Source: Candidatus Thorarchaeota archaeon
GTDB taxonomy: Archaea > Asgardarchaeota > Thorarchaeia > Thorarchaeales > Thorarchaeaceae
NCBI GenBank assembly: GCA_016933575.1
Contig: JAFGAR010000060.1
Coordinates: forward strand, 1 to 32,157
Length of the DNA stretch: 32,157 nt
Direction of reading: 5' to 3'
Below are positions 1-9,542 of the stretch, piece by piece (the first letter of the stretch is position 1; each line of letters starts with the position of its first letter). The position numbers and the translations under genes are program-made. Below the pieces are notes generated by a model. The model saw only the letters and a program-made list of their open reading frames with translations. It did no database searches and had not been told where the DNA came from.

Positions 1-217
1 TACGATCTTGGACACCAGAGTGTTGTACCCCCAGGGAACGGCACTGGGTGGACTCTGTGAGGTCAGAGCTGTGTTGTTTCGACCTCACGCTTGAGTCATC
101 GGACTGGACTATAAAAGGTCCACTATGATCTCTCAAAGACTCATCTACGAGATGTCCAACATTGTCCAAGGTTTCAGCAGCTGTTCACAACCCTATCCCG
201 GATTTTCAGAGCCTCGT

Positions 218-655
218 TCAGGAAGTGTCCTCGTTTCTACTTGTAGCAAAATAGTACGCAACAATGGAGGCTACAAAACTGCCAAGTACGCCCATGATTG
301 CGCTGAATTTATCCAGTTCAAGCTGATTCATCAGAGTCACAACTATCACTAGAGAAAAGAGCCCCATAATCCAGATTGCTAATACCACTCTCATGTTCTT
401 CCGCAGATTGAGTAGATTGATGGCACTCTCGCCTGCTCTTTGGAGAGTCTCAATCGTAGTGAGAATCAAAGTCTCATTGAGAATGATGATACATGAAATG
501 CCTACGCCAAGTCCAATACCAATAGCAAAGACAAGCGTTGTAATCGTATCACTCAAAATCCACAAGATTGCAACGATTAATGTGAGCAACCAGCCTGTAA
601 TAATCCAACCGATGCGAGCTGTCCGGGTATGCATATTTACTTCTGCCATATTCAT
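218..655 (-). CDS. Small integral membrane protein (~4 TM), unknown function
   Basis: 145 aa ORF with four hydrophobic segments; GGTGA lies immediately upstream of ATG655 (better spaced for the alternative ATG649). Confidence 0.75.
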   Translation of the reverse strand: MNMAEVNMHTRTARIGWIITGWLLTLIVAILWILSDTITTLVFAIGIGLGVGISCIIILNETLILTTIETLQRAGESAINLLNLRKNMRVVLAIWIMGLFSLVIVVTLMNQLELDKFSAIMGVLGSFVASIVAYYFATSRNEDTS

Positions 656-718
656 TCACCTGTGATGCATCCCCTACTCATAGTACTGCGTTTTTCCTAA
701 AACGTCTTTCCATCCTTT

Positions 719-1420
719 TCACTCAGTAATATCTACTCGAGGGATCTGACTAGGGTTAGGCTTTCTACAAACATAGGTCAAGTCTTGGCTGGAATCACTA
801 ACATCGTGCTCAATTACATGATCATCAAGGTCTCGTATCTTTTGGGCGATATCTACAACCTCTGAAATTGTTAGACCCAGTCGTTCAGCAACAGGTGTCA
901 AGCGGGTCTGGTGACGTCTCGTCACAATATCACGTACTAATTGTTCCCAACGATTCTTGAAAGATAGACGCAGGCTAGAGAGAACAACAAAATCGAGCAA
1001 CCATCTATTTGATGGTTTACTCAGAGGGGTAGGATCTCCGTCTTGTTTACCATCAACTGTGGGTACCGAAATAGTACGATGAATCATCAGATTCTTAACG
1101 AATGTTGTAGTGTCAGTTCTTTTCGAGTACCAATCAGGATTACTTGCACGATGAGAGGTCGTGTCAATGCTTGGATATCCCTCATCCTTCCAGAAAGAGG
1201 CAGAGAATTCATATTTCTTCACCCATCGACTCCATTTAACATATCGCGACTCATCCAGTTTCTGCATCCGTTCTCGTGCGATTTCAACATCAGAAGAAAA
1301 GGATCCTGCAGATAGTTTTTCCAGCAGTGCTTCAACAACTCCATCAGTACCTGCCAAAAATTCTGTTTCCGCTTGTTTCAAAGAATCTTCAGCTAACCTC
1401 AATTCATCGGGATAATCCAT
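719..1420 (-). CDS. Hypothetical protein with C-terminal winged-helix/PCI-like segment
   Basis: Long ORF; likely start ATG1420 (MDYPDEL) preceded by GGAG. C-terminal RLTPVAERLGLTISEVVDIAQKI is an HTH-type pattern. Confidence 0.7.
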   Translation of the reverse strand: MDYPDELRLAEDSLKQAETEFLAGTDGVVEALLEKLSAGSFSSDVEIARERMQKLDESRYVKWSRWVKKYEFSASFWKDEGYPSIDTTSHRASNPDWYSKRTDTTTFVKNLMIHRTISVPTVDGKQDGDPTPLSKPSNRWLLDFVVLSSLRLSFKNRWEQLVRDIVTRRHQTRLTPVAERLGLTISEVVDIAQKIRDLDDHVIEHDVSDSSQDLTYVCRKPNPSQIPRVDITE

Positions 1421-1546
1421 TAGATCTACTCCAATCAAATATAGTACAATATTAGCACGTAAGCACATAAGAGAGCTGTAGTGACTGTAGGTCCAATAAA
1501 CAAGCGGGATTATTGCAATATGTTGAAGATGTGTGACCAGCAGCTA

Positions 1547-1798
1547 TCAAGGGAGGAATTCTACCATCACGGTACCTTCATGACTTGAGAGAGCATTCTT
1601 TGTCACGTCCTCACCATTTTCAGTCACTATTCTCCATTTACTATTTATGTCATGATCTTCAAAAGGCCAATTGTCTCGCAGAGCTTGCCCGAATGTTGTT
1701 TCAGGTTTGCCGGAGATGAAATGCTCCATTCTTGCTTCCGGAATCTTGACTACTCGAGTTATTTTACCACTATAGCCTTTCAGACTGCCTCTTCTCAT
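1547..1798 (-). CDS. Small hypothetical protein, possible beta-grasp (ubiquitin-like) fold, no C-terminal GG
   Basis: ORF track gives 1547..1864; the start is uncertain (ATG1798 is plausible). Beta-beta-alpha-beta-beta pattern by eye. Confidence 0.55.
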   Translation of the reverse strand: MRRGSLKGYSGKITRVVKIPEARMEHFISGKPETTFGQALRDNWPFEDHDINSKWRIVTENGEDVTKNALSSHEGTVMVEFLP

Positions 1799-2142
1799 AG
1801 TTAAACACATCCATGAATCTAATCGTTCTCTGGCTTCTCCTTTTTCTCGCCACAGGACAGCCATCCGAACAGCTTAATCATAAACCAATCAATGTTCGCT
1901 TTAAAAAAACACAACTGACTATCTGATTAACTGATATGTATCTGTGCGATACTGTTATAGATTTGCTGTTAGATGCTTTCTGTATTTGTCCCACCCATAT
2001 TCCACCATGCTTCTCAATAGTTTGGGTTCAAATGATTAGTGTTCTCTTGAGAGAAAGAACCTGTAAAGAGAGGTGTGTATTATTTCGTGGTAACGTCTAC
2101 ACTTATCACGATTTATGTACCTATTCTTGAGTGGAAATTCAT

Positions 2143-3087
2143 ATGATTGTGTTTGGTCCTGTTCCTTCTCGCCGCTTAGGAAGAAGCATAGGCATCAACA
2201 ATATTCCTGCTAAGAACTGTACATACTCATGTATCTACTGTCAGCTTGGAAGAACAAATGACAGGATTCTAGAAAGAATGTCCTTCTACGAACCTGAGAA
2301 AATTCTTGCTGACACAAGGAGTCTGGTTCAGAAAACTGTGTCAAAGGGGGAGAGAATCGACTACCTGACCTTTGTACCTGATGGAGAACCAACACTGGAC
2401 ATCAACCTTCAGAGAGAGGTAGAATTACTACGCGAGCTGGACCTGCATATTGCTATATTGACCAATGCCTCATTGATTTGGCATAACGATGTGAGAGAAA
2501 CTCTCTGCGAGTTAGATCTAGTGTCTCTAAAGATAGATGCAGTTAGTGAGAGAATATGGAGGAGAATCGATAGACCCCATGAGCATCTCAGTCTTGAGAG
2601 AATATTGGAGGGGATTATTGAATTCTCAGAACAATACGACGGAACACTCATCACTGAGACTATGCTAATGGATGGAATTGACTATTCTGATGAGAAGGAT
2701 AAGATTGCTGAATTCCTTTCGGGATTGAATATCAAGAGAGCATATGTGGCTATTCCGACACGACCGCCTGCGGAAAACTGGGTGAGACCTGCGAACGAGA
2801 TGGTATTGAATCAGGTGTACCAATCATTCTCAGATAGATTGGGTTCTGACAGAGTGGAGTATCTGATAGGCTACGAGGGCAACGCTTTCTCATCTACTGG
2901 TAATCTGGAGGAAGACTTACTCAGCATCACATCAGTTCACCCTATGCGCAAGGATGCTTTAGAAAGACTCATAGAAAAAACAAATGCATCATGGAAAAAT
3001 GTCGACTTGCTGCTTCATGATGGTCGTCTTATTGAACTTGGATATCAGGGAGAAATGTACTACATGCGCAAACTTCCAAGTAGATAG
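2143..3087 (+). CDS. Radical SAM protein (TYW1-related COG0731-type Fe-S oxidoreductase)
   Basis: CTYSCIYC (CxxxCxxC), N-terminal VFGPVPSRRLGRSIG family motif, GEPTL. ATG2143 preferred over GTG2131. Confidence 0.9.
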   Translation: MIVFGPVPSRRLGRSIGINNIPAKNCTYSCIYCQLGRTNDRILERMSFYEPEKILADTRSLVQKTVSKGERIDYLTFVPDGEPTLDINLQREVELLRELDLHIAILTNASLIWHNDVRETLCELDLVSLKIDAVSERIWRRIDRPHEHLSLERILEGIIEFSEQYDGTLITETMLMDGIDYSDEKDKIAEFLSGLNIKRAYVAIPTRPPAENWVRPANEMVLNQVYQSFSDRLGSDRVEYLIGYEGNAFSSTGNLEEDLLSITSVHPMRKDALERLIEKTNASWKNVDLLLHDGRLIELGYQGEMYYMRKLPSR

Positions 3088-3142
3088 GAATAATGTACCT
3101 ATTCATCAAATATAAACGAGGGATGAAAGGACAAATGAAACA

Positions 3143-3610
3143 GTGACTGACATGAAGACTGTAATCATCTGCAAATCAATACATCACAATAATACACTCA
3201 AGATTGCTCAAGCAATGGCTGATGAGTTGGAAGCTGACATTTTCACCCCTGAGAAGGTCAATGACAATAGCCTCCAAGACTATGACCTGATTGGATTTGG
3301 CTCAGGCATCTATGGGGGTAGGCATCATAGAAGTATTCTGAATGTCATTGAGGGGCTTGATTCGCTCTCGGGGAAGGATGTATTCGTGTTCTATACCAGT
3401 GGTTTCGAGCGATTTCCCGTAGTTTCATCCTTTGAGTGTGCCTTAGTATCACGATTGGAGGGAAAAGGAACAAACATCAAGGGCAAATTCTCATGTCGCG
3501 GCTTTGATACTTGGGGCCCATTTCGTGTTGGAGGGGGAAAGAACAAGAATCACCCTGATGAGACTGACACGGCTAACGCTCGTGCGTTCGCAAAGTCGCT
3601 AGCTCAATAG
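3143..3610 (+). CDS. Flavodoxin family protein
   Basis: SIHHNNTLKIA FMN phosphate loop, DYDLIGFGSGIY, HPDE..A..FA C-terminus. Confidence 0.9.
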   Translation: MTDMKTVIICKSIHHNNTLKIAQAMADELEADIFTPEKVNDNSLQDYDLIGFGSGIYGGRHHRSILNVIEGLDSLSGKDVFVFYTSGFERFPVVSSFECALVSRLEGKGTNIKGKFSCRGFDTWGPFRVGGGKNKNHPDETDTANARAFAKSLAQ

Positions 3611-3686
3611 ATTGTAGTAATATGATCGTTCAAAGCAAAATGAATACATATCTTTGACAATTTTACAAAATAAAAATGAGGTATGA

Positions 3687-3709
3687 TGGAGTGGTTGTAT
3701 CACACTCCA
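3687..3709 (-). terminator. Hairpin plus T-rich tract downstream of PadR (between convergent genes)
   Basis: TGGAGTG(3687-93)/CACTCCA(3703-09) stem, followed on the minus strand by TTTTTATTTT. Confidence 0.5.
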
Positions 3710-3721
3710 CCGTGGATGCTA

Positions 3722-4261
3722 CTATAGCTTCTCTTTTTCTGAGAGGCGGGAGATCTTCTCCGTGAAGTCATCCACAAGTTTTGTGGCTTCTTTCGCTAGT
3801 GAATCAGAGTAATTATCCCTGATTCTCCTTCGGAGTTCATAGCCAGCTCGTCTCATCTTTCGCCAACTATCGACTAGCTGACGAGCCTCTTCAGGTATTG
3901 GTCCATCCCATTCTTCGAACTGTTGTCCAAAAAATCGTTCTCCCTTGTGAAGCTCTCTACGTTGCTCTTCCTCCTGGAAGAACATCTTGCCCTCTTTCGT
4001 TAGTTCGTAACGTCGGACACCAGCTTCAGAGTCTGACAATTCCTTTGTATACCCCGAATCTAGGAGCCATGATAGTAATGGATAGACCGATCCTGGACTT
4101 GGTTTCCACCTCATGCTGGTCTTGTCTTCCATCTCTCGAATGATCTCAGCACCTGACATCGGTCGCTCATCGAGTAATTTCAATACTTGAGATCTGAGAT
4201 ACCCCTTTGGGACGGATGAAGTGCTTCTGCTCCAGTGACTGTGATTTCGTGTTCTACGCAT
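3722..4261 (-). CDS. PadR family transcriptional regulator
   Basis: GYLRSQVLKLLDERPMSGAEII...WKPSPGSVYPLL...RRYELTKEG; AGGAGGTGA RBS at 4272-4280. Confidence 0.93.
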   Translation of the reverse strand: MRRTRNHSHWSRSTSSVPKGYLRSQVLKLLDERPMSGAEIIREMEDKTSMRWKPSPGSVYPLLSWLLDSGYTKELSDSEAGVRRYELTKEGKMFFQEEEQRRELHKGERFFGQQFEEWDGPIPEEARQLVDSWRKMRRAGYELRRRIRDNYSDSLAKEATKLVDDFTEKISRLSEKEKL

Positions 4262-4304
4262 GCTTTGTTATTCACCTCCTTACGTGTAATGGCGTGCTTC
4301 AATA

Positions 4305-4338
4305 TCACTATTGATATCATTAGCGATATCAATAGTGA
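4305..4338. promoter_or_regulatory. Perfect 14-bp inverted repeat, probable PadR operator
   Basis: TCACTATTGATATC-attagc-GATATCAATAGTGA between the TATA box and RBS of padR. Confidence 0.75.
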
Positions 4339-4346
4339 CTTGAGTG

Positions 4347-4360
4347 TATATAAATCTTCG
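4347..4360 (-). promoter_or_regulatory. Archaeal BRE-TATA promoter of padR
   Basis: Minus strand reads CGAAGA-TTTATATA, about 85 nt upstream of the start codon. Confidence 0.65.
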
Positions 4361-4494
4361 CACGATTTGAAGGTGTCTTTCTATTGAGTCGGGAGGCTTT
4401 AATGCCCTTTTTATTGAAGGATAATAAAGTGATTTAGAATACCAAATTAGTTAAGTAGCACTAATTGAACTAGATGAATTTGGGTGCAGGAGTT

Positions 4495-5526
4495 ATGAAG
4501 AGATCAAGCTGTAATTCAGGTATCTTTATTCTTCTACTATTTCTCGTGACATTTCCAAGTTTTATTGCTATATCTAATACTCCAAACACATACAATAACA
4601 TTGGAAAACAGGTAGATGTAACCAATGATTTGGGTGCGAAGAGTATACCAGTTTTTTCACAAGATGATTGGTTAACGGGATGGCAGTACCGGAAGAGACA
4701 TACAATCTTTGGATCTGAAAACGCAAGTAGTAATTATCAAGTGAAGATTATCGTAAACTATGGTGAAGGCGTTGATTATTCCAATGTAGTTAATTGCTAT
4801 GAGAGATGTTTGCCTAATTTTGTAGATGTGAGATTCACATTCGAGGATGGAATTACCCTCTTAGATTATTGGAAAGAATCGTTCATTAATGCAGATGTAT
4901 CCATTTTTTGGGTAGAGATATCAGCCGATCTATCTGTGGACAGGTCAATTTACATTTATTATGGCAATCCTACAGCCTTGGATGCCTCAAATGGTTTTGC
5001 AACATTTCCATTGTTTGATGATTTTAACAGGCCCAATAGTGCAAGAGTGGGTATGGGTTGGATAGAAGATGAGGGCGGCGATTATGATGAAGCATGGGGA
5101 GATGCAGATTTAGACATCTCTAGTAACACCTTGAGAATCGAACAAGAAGATCGCCAGTATGCACATATCGAGCGAGCAGGACCACCATTGAATGAGTATA
5201 TTCTGCAAGGAAGTTTCAAAGTCAGTCCGAATTGTGGAGATGATTGGGCTCCAAGAATACATCTGTATTGGGGAACATTCAGCTGGGTGGGATGTGGTCT
5301 CAGTAATGGTCCAAAATTTCAGTATCACGAAAATGTTGCCACAGTCCACTCCGAATATGAGATTGCGGGAGCTGTGTATAACAAATGGTACTCATTTCAG
5401 GTACGATTAGGTCTATCGTCTATATCATACTATTATTCCGAGGATGGCATAGAATGGAAACTTATTGCTAACCGACCGCGCCCTGCTGGTTGGAGTGGTC
5501 CTCCATCATATATCATGATAGGCAAG
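4495..5526 (+). CDS. N-terminal part of a frameshifted surface protein: signal peptide plus DUF2341 / concanavalin-like domain
   Basis: WLTGWQYRKRHTI, DVRFTFEDG..LLDYWKE, IYIYYGNP..., F.LFDDF are DUF2341-type motifs. The plausible protein continues in the -1 frame near 5525; the unshifted ORF runs to 5715. Confidence 0.75.
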
Positions 5527-8500
5527 GATACTCGAGGGGTAGCGGTTATTATATCCACTCTTCTTTGGATAATAGTATGGGAGATGACTTCGCTGGAGAA
5601 CGAGCAGTGCAATACGCAGATAACGTATTCATCAGAAGATTTACTGCATCAGAGCCAATACATAGCATATGGGGTCCCAGAGAATCAGTGGGGATTCATG
5701 CAAGTCAGATTCTAACTAATATGACAACTATTGTTGGACTATCTGGCGACAGTTATAATGATAGCATGAACCTTCTAGCAGCTTCGCCTTTGTCTGTTAG
5801 ATACAGAGATGGAGCAACTGCAAAAAGTCTGGTGATTCCAGACATCACTTCAATATATGAAAATCCTCTAGATGAATGGACATCAGTCCTGGGTGGCTCG
5901 ACAGATGAGTTGCTTATTATTGGAAGTATCAACGAAGCAGAATATATTGCATCATGCAATCCTAATCTGATCAATCGTATTGGCACTCAGAGCTTTTATG
6001 CAACAGCTGGGAGTATTGCAACACAATATTTCTCAACAAGTGATACTCTCGTTCTGGCGTATGCACATCCAAATCCCTCCAAATATAGCAATACAGTAGT
6101 TCTATTTTCGGATGCTAATACCTTGTTAGCACCGTCGTATTCTGAGCATTCGATTACAACACCATCATCCACGACGGAAACAGATTTCTATTTGCCTCGA
6201 GAGGGGGGCGGAATTGTAGCGCAGGTAACAGCTGCAAGCACATACCTAGACTATCTCATTTGTCAACTCGGGTTTCAAGAGAGCGGAGAGTCTTATGGTC
6301 TCGATTACCCGTGGTATGGAGACTACAGAATGGCATTCCCATTCTTCGGAAAATCTGGTGACTGGCGATTCAATCTAATAGATACCTATCCTGACTGGCG
6401 AACGGGATACTATACGCTCCGAGTCTGGACCTTGCCCAAAGTGGAATATAGTTTCACAATAGCAGAGAATGAAACATGTGAGATTGATTTACAATTATCC
6501 GTTTCAAACACGTCACAGAGTGTAGGGCTTTATGTTCTTGATCCAGATGGCAATCTAATTCTTGATGCAAACCGTTTTGCGCTTATGCGTGATGATTTCA
6601 ATGAAACATCTGTAAGCGTTACCCTGTCATACCCCAGACCTGGTAATTACACTGCATATGTCACAACTCCGGAGCTATTCGGAGCCAATTATACATTGGA
6701 TATTACTAAGCATACTGTGAATCTGGAACTGCTAGACACTGGGCTCTGTGCCTCAAATGGTCTTGCAATAGCATCGATGTATGATGCGGGTCTGATTCTC
6801 TCAGATGGAGATTCACAGATTTCAGATGCTATTGATGCCATTGAACAAATTGAACCTGAAAAACTCATTATAGTTGATTTGGAGAGTCACTTCTCCCCTT
6901 CATTCATTAGTCTTTTGAATGGCTATGTTTCAGATATCAATCACATTACTGATACCAAAGCACTGCCCATGTTGATTTCTAGTCTTTTGGTAGATTTTGA
7001 AGCCCATAGTAGTGCGACACTCTATGATCCAGTTGGCGAGTACTTTGTTGCTGCTGGATTATCTGCTGCCTCACGAGGCGGTTTTGCATTACCTAATGGG
7101 TATGCAAGTGCTCAATTCACAACATACTCACAGGTTGCGGAACAAATGGCGTATCATGCAGATTATTCTGTGCCATTTTTGGGAGGCTATCATTATTACG
7201 ATATTTGGACTAGTTCTCCATCATTGTCCGAACTGCATCCATCATACAATTCAATGAGCCAAATCAGCGATTCTTTCTTTGGATGGTTGGAAAACATTAC
7301 TGGAATTGATAGAACTGAAACATTGATAATTATCTCACCCTATGAGAAACTAGGAACGACCTTACCACCATCATTTGATAGAGCAGTTATGGGCAAGACT
7401 CTTGTTGGCAGATACCCATCAAAATCCGAGTTCTCGACATATATACAGATTGCTCAATCATCTCTAAGAATTCCGCTTCTGGCTTCTAAGACACCTGACA
7501 TTTCAGTTCTTGGAAGTCATGTTGCATACAACTATGAAACTCCAGTTCCTACTAATGACCATAGGGATATGATATTCGATACATCAGGAGACTTTAGCTT
7601 AGTAATAAATCAGACAAGATTGACTTATTCTCAGCAAGCAGGACCAAATGCAACATCACTTCTGCAAGAAGGGGTTACATTCTGGCTGTTGTCAAGTCAT
7701 GGCTCGACTGGACAACAGATCTATACCGATGACGGAATATTGGCTCTGATGGATTTCGATTGTTGGAGAGGATTTGAAACTGGACAGAGTACAAGTTCTC
7801 CAGATGATGGTGATGGTGCTGTTAATCCTGTGGATGACCTTGAATCATGGAATATTTCCGATGTTGTTGATGGCGCAGATCTCCATGGTCTAATTACATA
7901 TTTCGACACATGTCAATTAGGTTTAAGCTATGGACCTGCAATTATGTTAGAAGCTGGTGCTGAGAGTGTTGTAGCCTGCTGGGTGGATTCGTACATTGGA
8001 CCATCTGATCTAGTGGAATGGAATGTTCTGAATAAGATGGCTGTGGGACTGCCGATATCCAATGCTCTGGTGTCAGCTTTCTCAATAAATTCCCACCTGT
8101 ATTCTCTTGATATGAGAGGAGTGAATTATTATATCGCGAGTAGCAGCTTCCACCTTGTTTCAGCCTCTTCTAATCAATTCGTGATATTCGGGAATCCAAC
8201 TGCGGGCTTATTTGATTGTTATTCATTCATCCCGCCGGTTTTGAAACGCACTATTCCCTATACGGATGAATCATTAATTGCTACAGCTGGTCAGAACACA
8301 GAGATATCGATTGGAATTGCAGATATTTTCGGAAATCCCATTCCATCTGCGACAATCTCATACTCGATCAAAGATCCATCTAGTTCAATTTATCAAACAG
8401 GAACAGTAGTATGTGATGATGATTTTCTAGCTGATATTGAAATTGTATTGCCTGAATCCTGCGAGATTGGAGATTATTCACTCTATTACGAGAGACCATT

Positions 8501-9302
8501 GGATAACCAAACGTATTCATTGACTATACAGGTGATGCTCCCCGTTCCGATTATAGATAACACAAATGGGACTATAGGTGATTGGGTTGATATTGAATTG
8601 GGTCTTCTCTCACACACTTCAGATTCAATTAATGTATCGATCTTTGAATATGAAATTCTAAATGAGGATAATGTTTCAATAGTTGTGGGATCTTCAGTTT
8701 GTAATGAGTCGTACATAGCGTGTGTTCATATTCAAATGAATCACAGCTTGGATATTGGAATGTACACCATAAAATTCAATGTTCTAGGGAGTTCTCACAT
8801 CTATCAAACCTTCATCAATTTAGAGCTGCCAATTGTGCTATTCACATCTTTCAACGTAGTCGCTGGAGATTGGATTTTCGTAGAACTTGGATTGAAGTCG
8901 CCTGCAGGAAATATCATTGAAGCAGCGAGTTTCAATTATACGATTTATGACCCAACAGATACTATTTTCGCAGAAGGTGTTGCAGTGTGTAATGATACCT
9001 ATATCGCAGGACTAAATGTTACATTCTCGATATATGCCGATGCGGGAGATTATATTGTAAGATTCAGTGTACCTGATACTTCACACTATTATGAAACCAG
9101 CATCCATGTGGATAGCGCACCACCCCCTACATCTGTAACGACCACGACAGCCACAACTACAACGGGAATAACATCAAGCGATCCCACGACAACAATAAGC
9201 CCACATCCACTAATAGATACAGGAATCATTCCCATGGCTATTGGAATTCTTACAATAGGCTTTCTTATTGGTTTAATCATGATATGGCGTTTAAAGAGAT
9301 AA
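5526..9302 (+). CDS. C-terminal part of a frameshifted surface protein: CW_binding_2-like repeats, PPC-like domain, clan CD (C25 gingipain-like) peptidase domain, three Ig/MG2-like repeats, Thr-rich linker, TM anchor
   Basis: Begins with the usual DUF2341-module tail (DNVFIRRF..SEP.H..WG); FWLLSSHG...TYFDTC...GAESVVA...VIFGNP; three ~95 aa repeats ending G.Y.I.F; TTTT linker, hydrophobic helix, RLKR. Confidence 0.75.
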   Translation, partial: GYSRGSGYYIHSSLDNSMGDDFAGERAVQYADNVFIRRFTASEPIHSIWGPRESVGIHASQILTNMTTIVGLSGDSYNDSMNLLAASPLSVRYRDGATAKSLVIPDITSIYENPLDEWTSVLGGSTDELLIIGSINEAEYIASCNPNLINRIGTQSFYATAGSIATQYFSTSDTLVLAYAHPNPSKYSNTVVLFSDANTLLAPSYSEHSITTPSSTTETDFYLPREGGGIVAQVTAASTYLDYLICQLGFQESGESYGLDYPWYGDYRMAFPFFGKSGDWRFNLIDTYPDWRTGYYTLRVWTLPKVEYSFTIAENETCEIDLQLSVSNTSQSVGLYVLDPDGNLILDANRFALMRDDFNETSVSVTLSYPRPGNYTAYVTTPELFGANYTLDITKHTVNLELLDTGLCASNGLAIASMYDAGLILSDGDSQISDAIDAIEQIEPEKLIIVDLESHFSPSFISLLNGYVSDINHITDTKALPMLISSLLVDFEAHSSATLYDPVGEYFVAAGLSAASRGGFALPNGYASAQFTTYSQVAEQMAYHADYSVPFLGGYHYYDIWTSSPSLSELHPSYNSMSQISDSFFGWLENITGIDRTETLIIISPYEKLGTTLPPSFDRAVMGKTLVGRYPSKSEFSTYIQIAQSSLRIPLLASKTPDISVLGSHVAYNYETPVPTNDHRDMIFDTSGDFSLVINQTRLTYSQQAGPNATSLLQEGVTFWLLSSHGSTGQQIYTDDGILALMDFDCWRGFETGQSTSSPDDGDGAVNPVDDLESWNISDVVDGADLHGLITYFDTCQLGLSYGPAIMLEAGAESVVACWVDSYIGPSDLVEWNVLNKMAVGLPISNALVSAFSINSHLYSLDMRGVNYYIASSSFHLVSASSNQFVIFGNPTAGLFDCYSFIPPVLKRTIPYTDESLIATAGQNTEISIGIADIFGNPIPSATISYSIKDPSSSIYQTGTVVCDDDFLADIEIVLPESCEIGDYSLYYERPLDNQTYSLTIQVMLPVPIIDNTNGTIGDWVDIELGLLSHTSDSINVSIFEYEILNEDNVSIVVGSSVCNESYIACVHIQMNHSLDIGMYTIKFNVLGSSHIYQTFINLELPIVLFTSFNVVAGDWIFVELGLKSPAGNIIEAASFNYTIYDPTDTIFAEGVAVCNDTYIAGLNVTFSIYADAGDYIVRFSVPDTSHYYETSIHVDSAPPPTSVTTTTATTTTGITSSDPTTTISPHPLIDTGIIPMAIGILTIGFLIGLIMIWRLKR

Positions 9303-9542
9303 CCTAAAGCAAAGAAAACAAGATGCGCGAAGTGATAGAACGCTGAGTACCATATATCTCGTGTTAAGCATAATCCTCAGCCAATTCTCTTGATTCTTGA
9401 ATTAGACGGAGTGGGTGTCGATTTGATCAGAGCATTCATAATCTATATGAAGAAAAAAATGGAACATCATTGTAAGTTTACCGGATTGTCATGAATACCT
9501 GGTGAATATTCACTACGTACTCCCAAAAGGGACAGGATGACT

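Noticed and set aside
1990-2090. Minus-strand translation TIEKHGGIWV resembling a HATPase_c C-terminal remnant
   Set aside because: The match is too short and the flanking G-box motifs are not recoverable; it could be chance.
9502-9513. 12-bp palindrome GTGAATATTCAC
   Set aside because: It lies between convergent gene ends, occurs once, and is within chance expectation.
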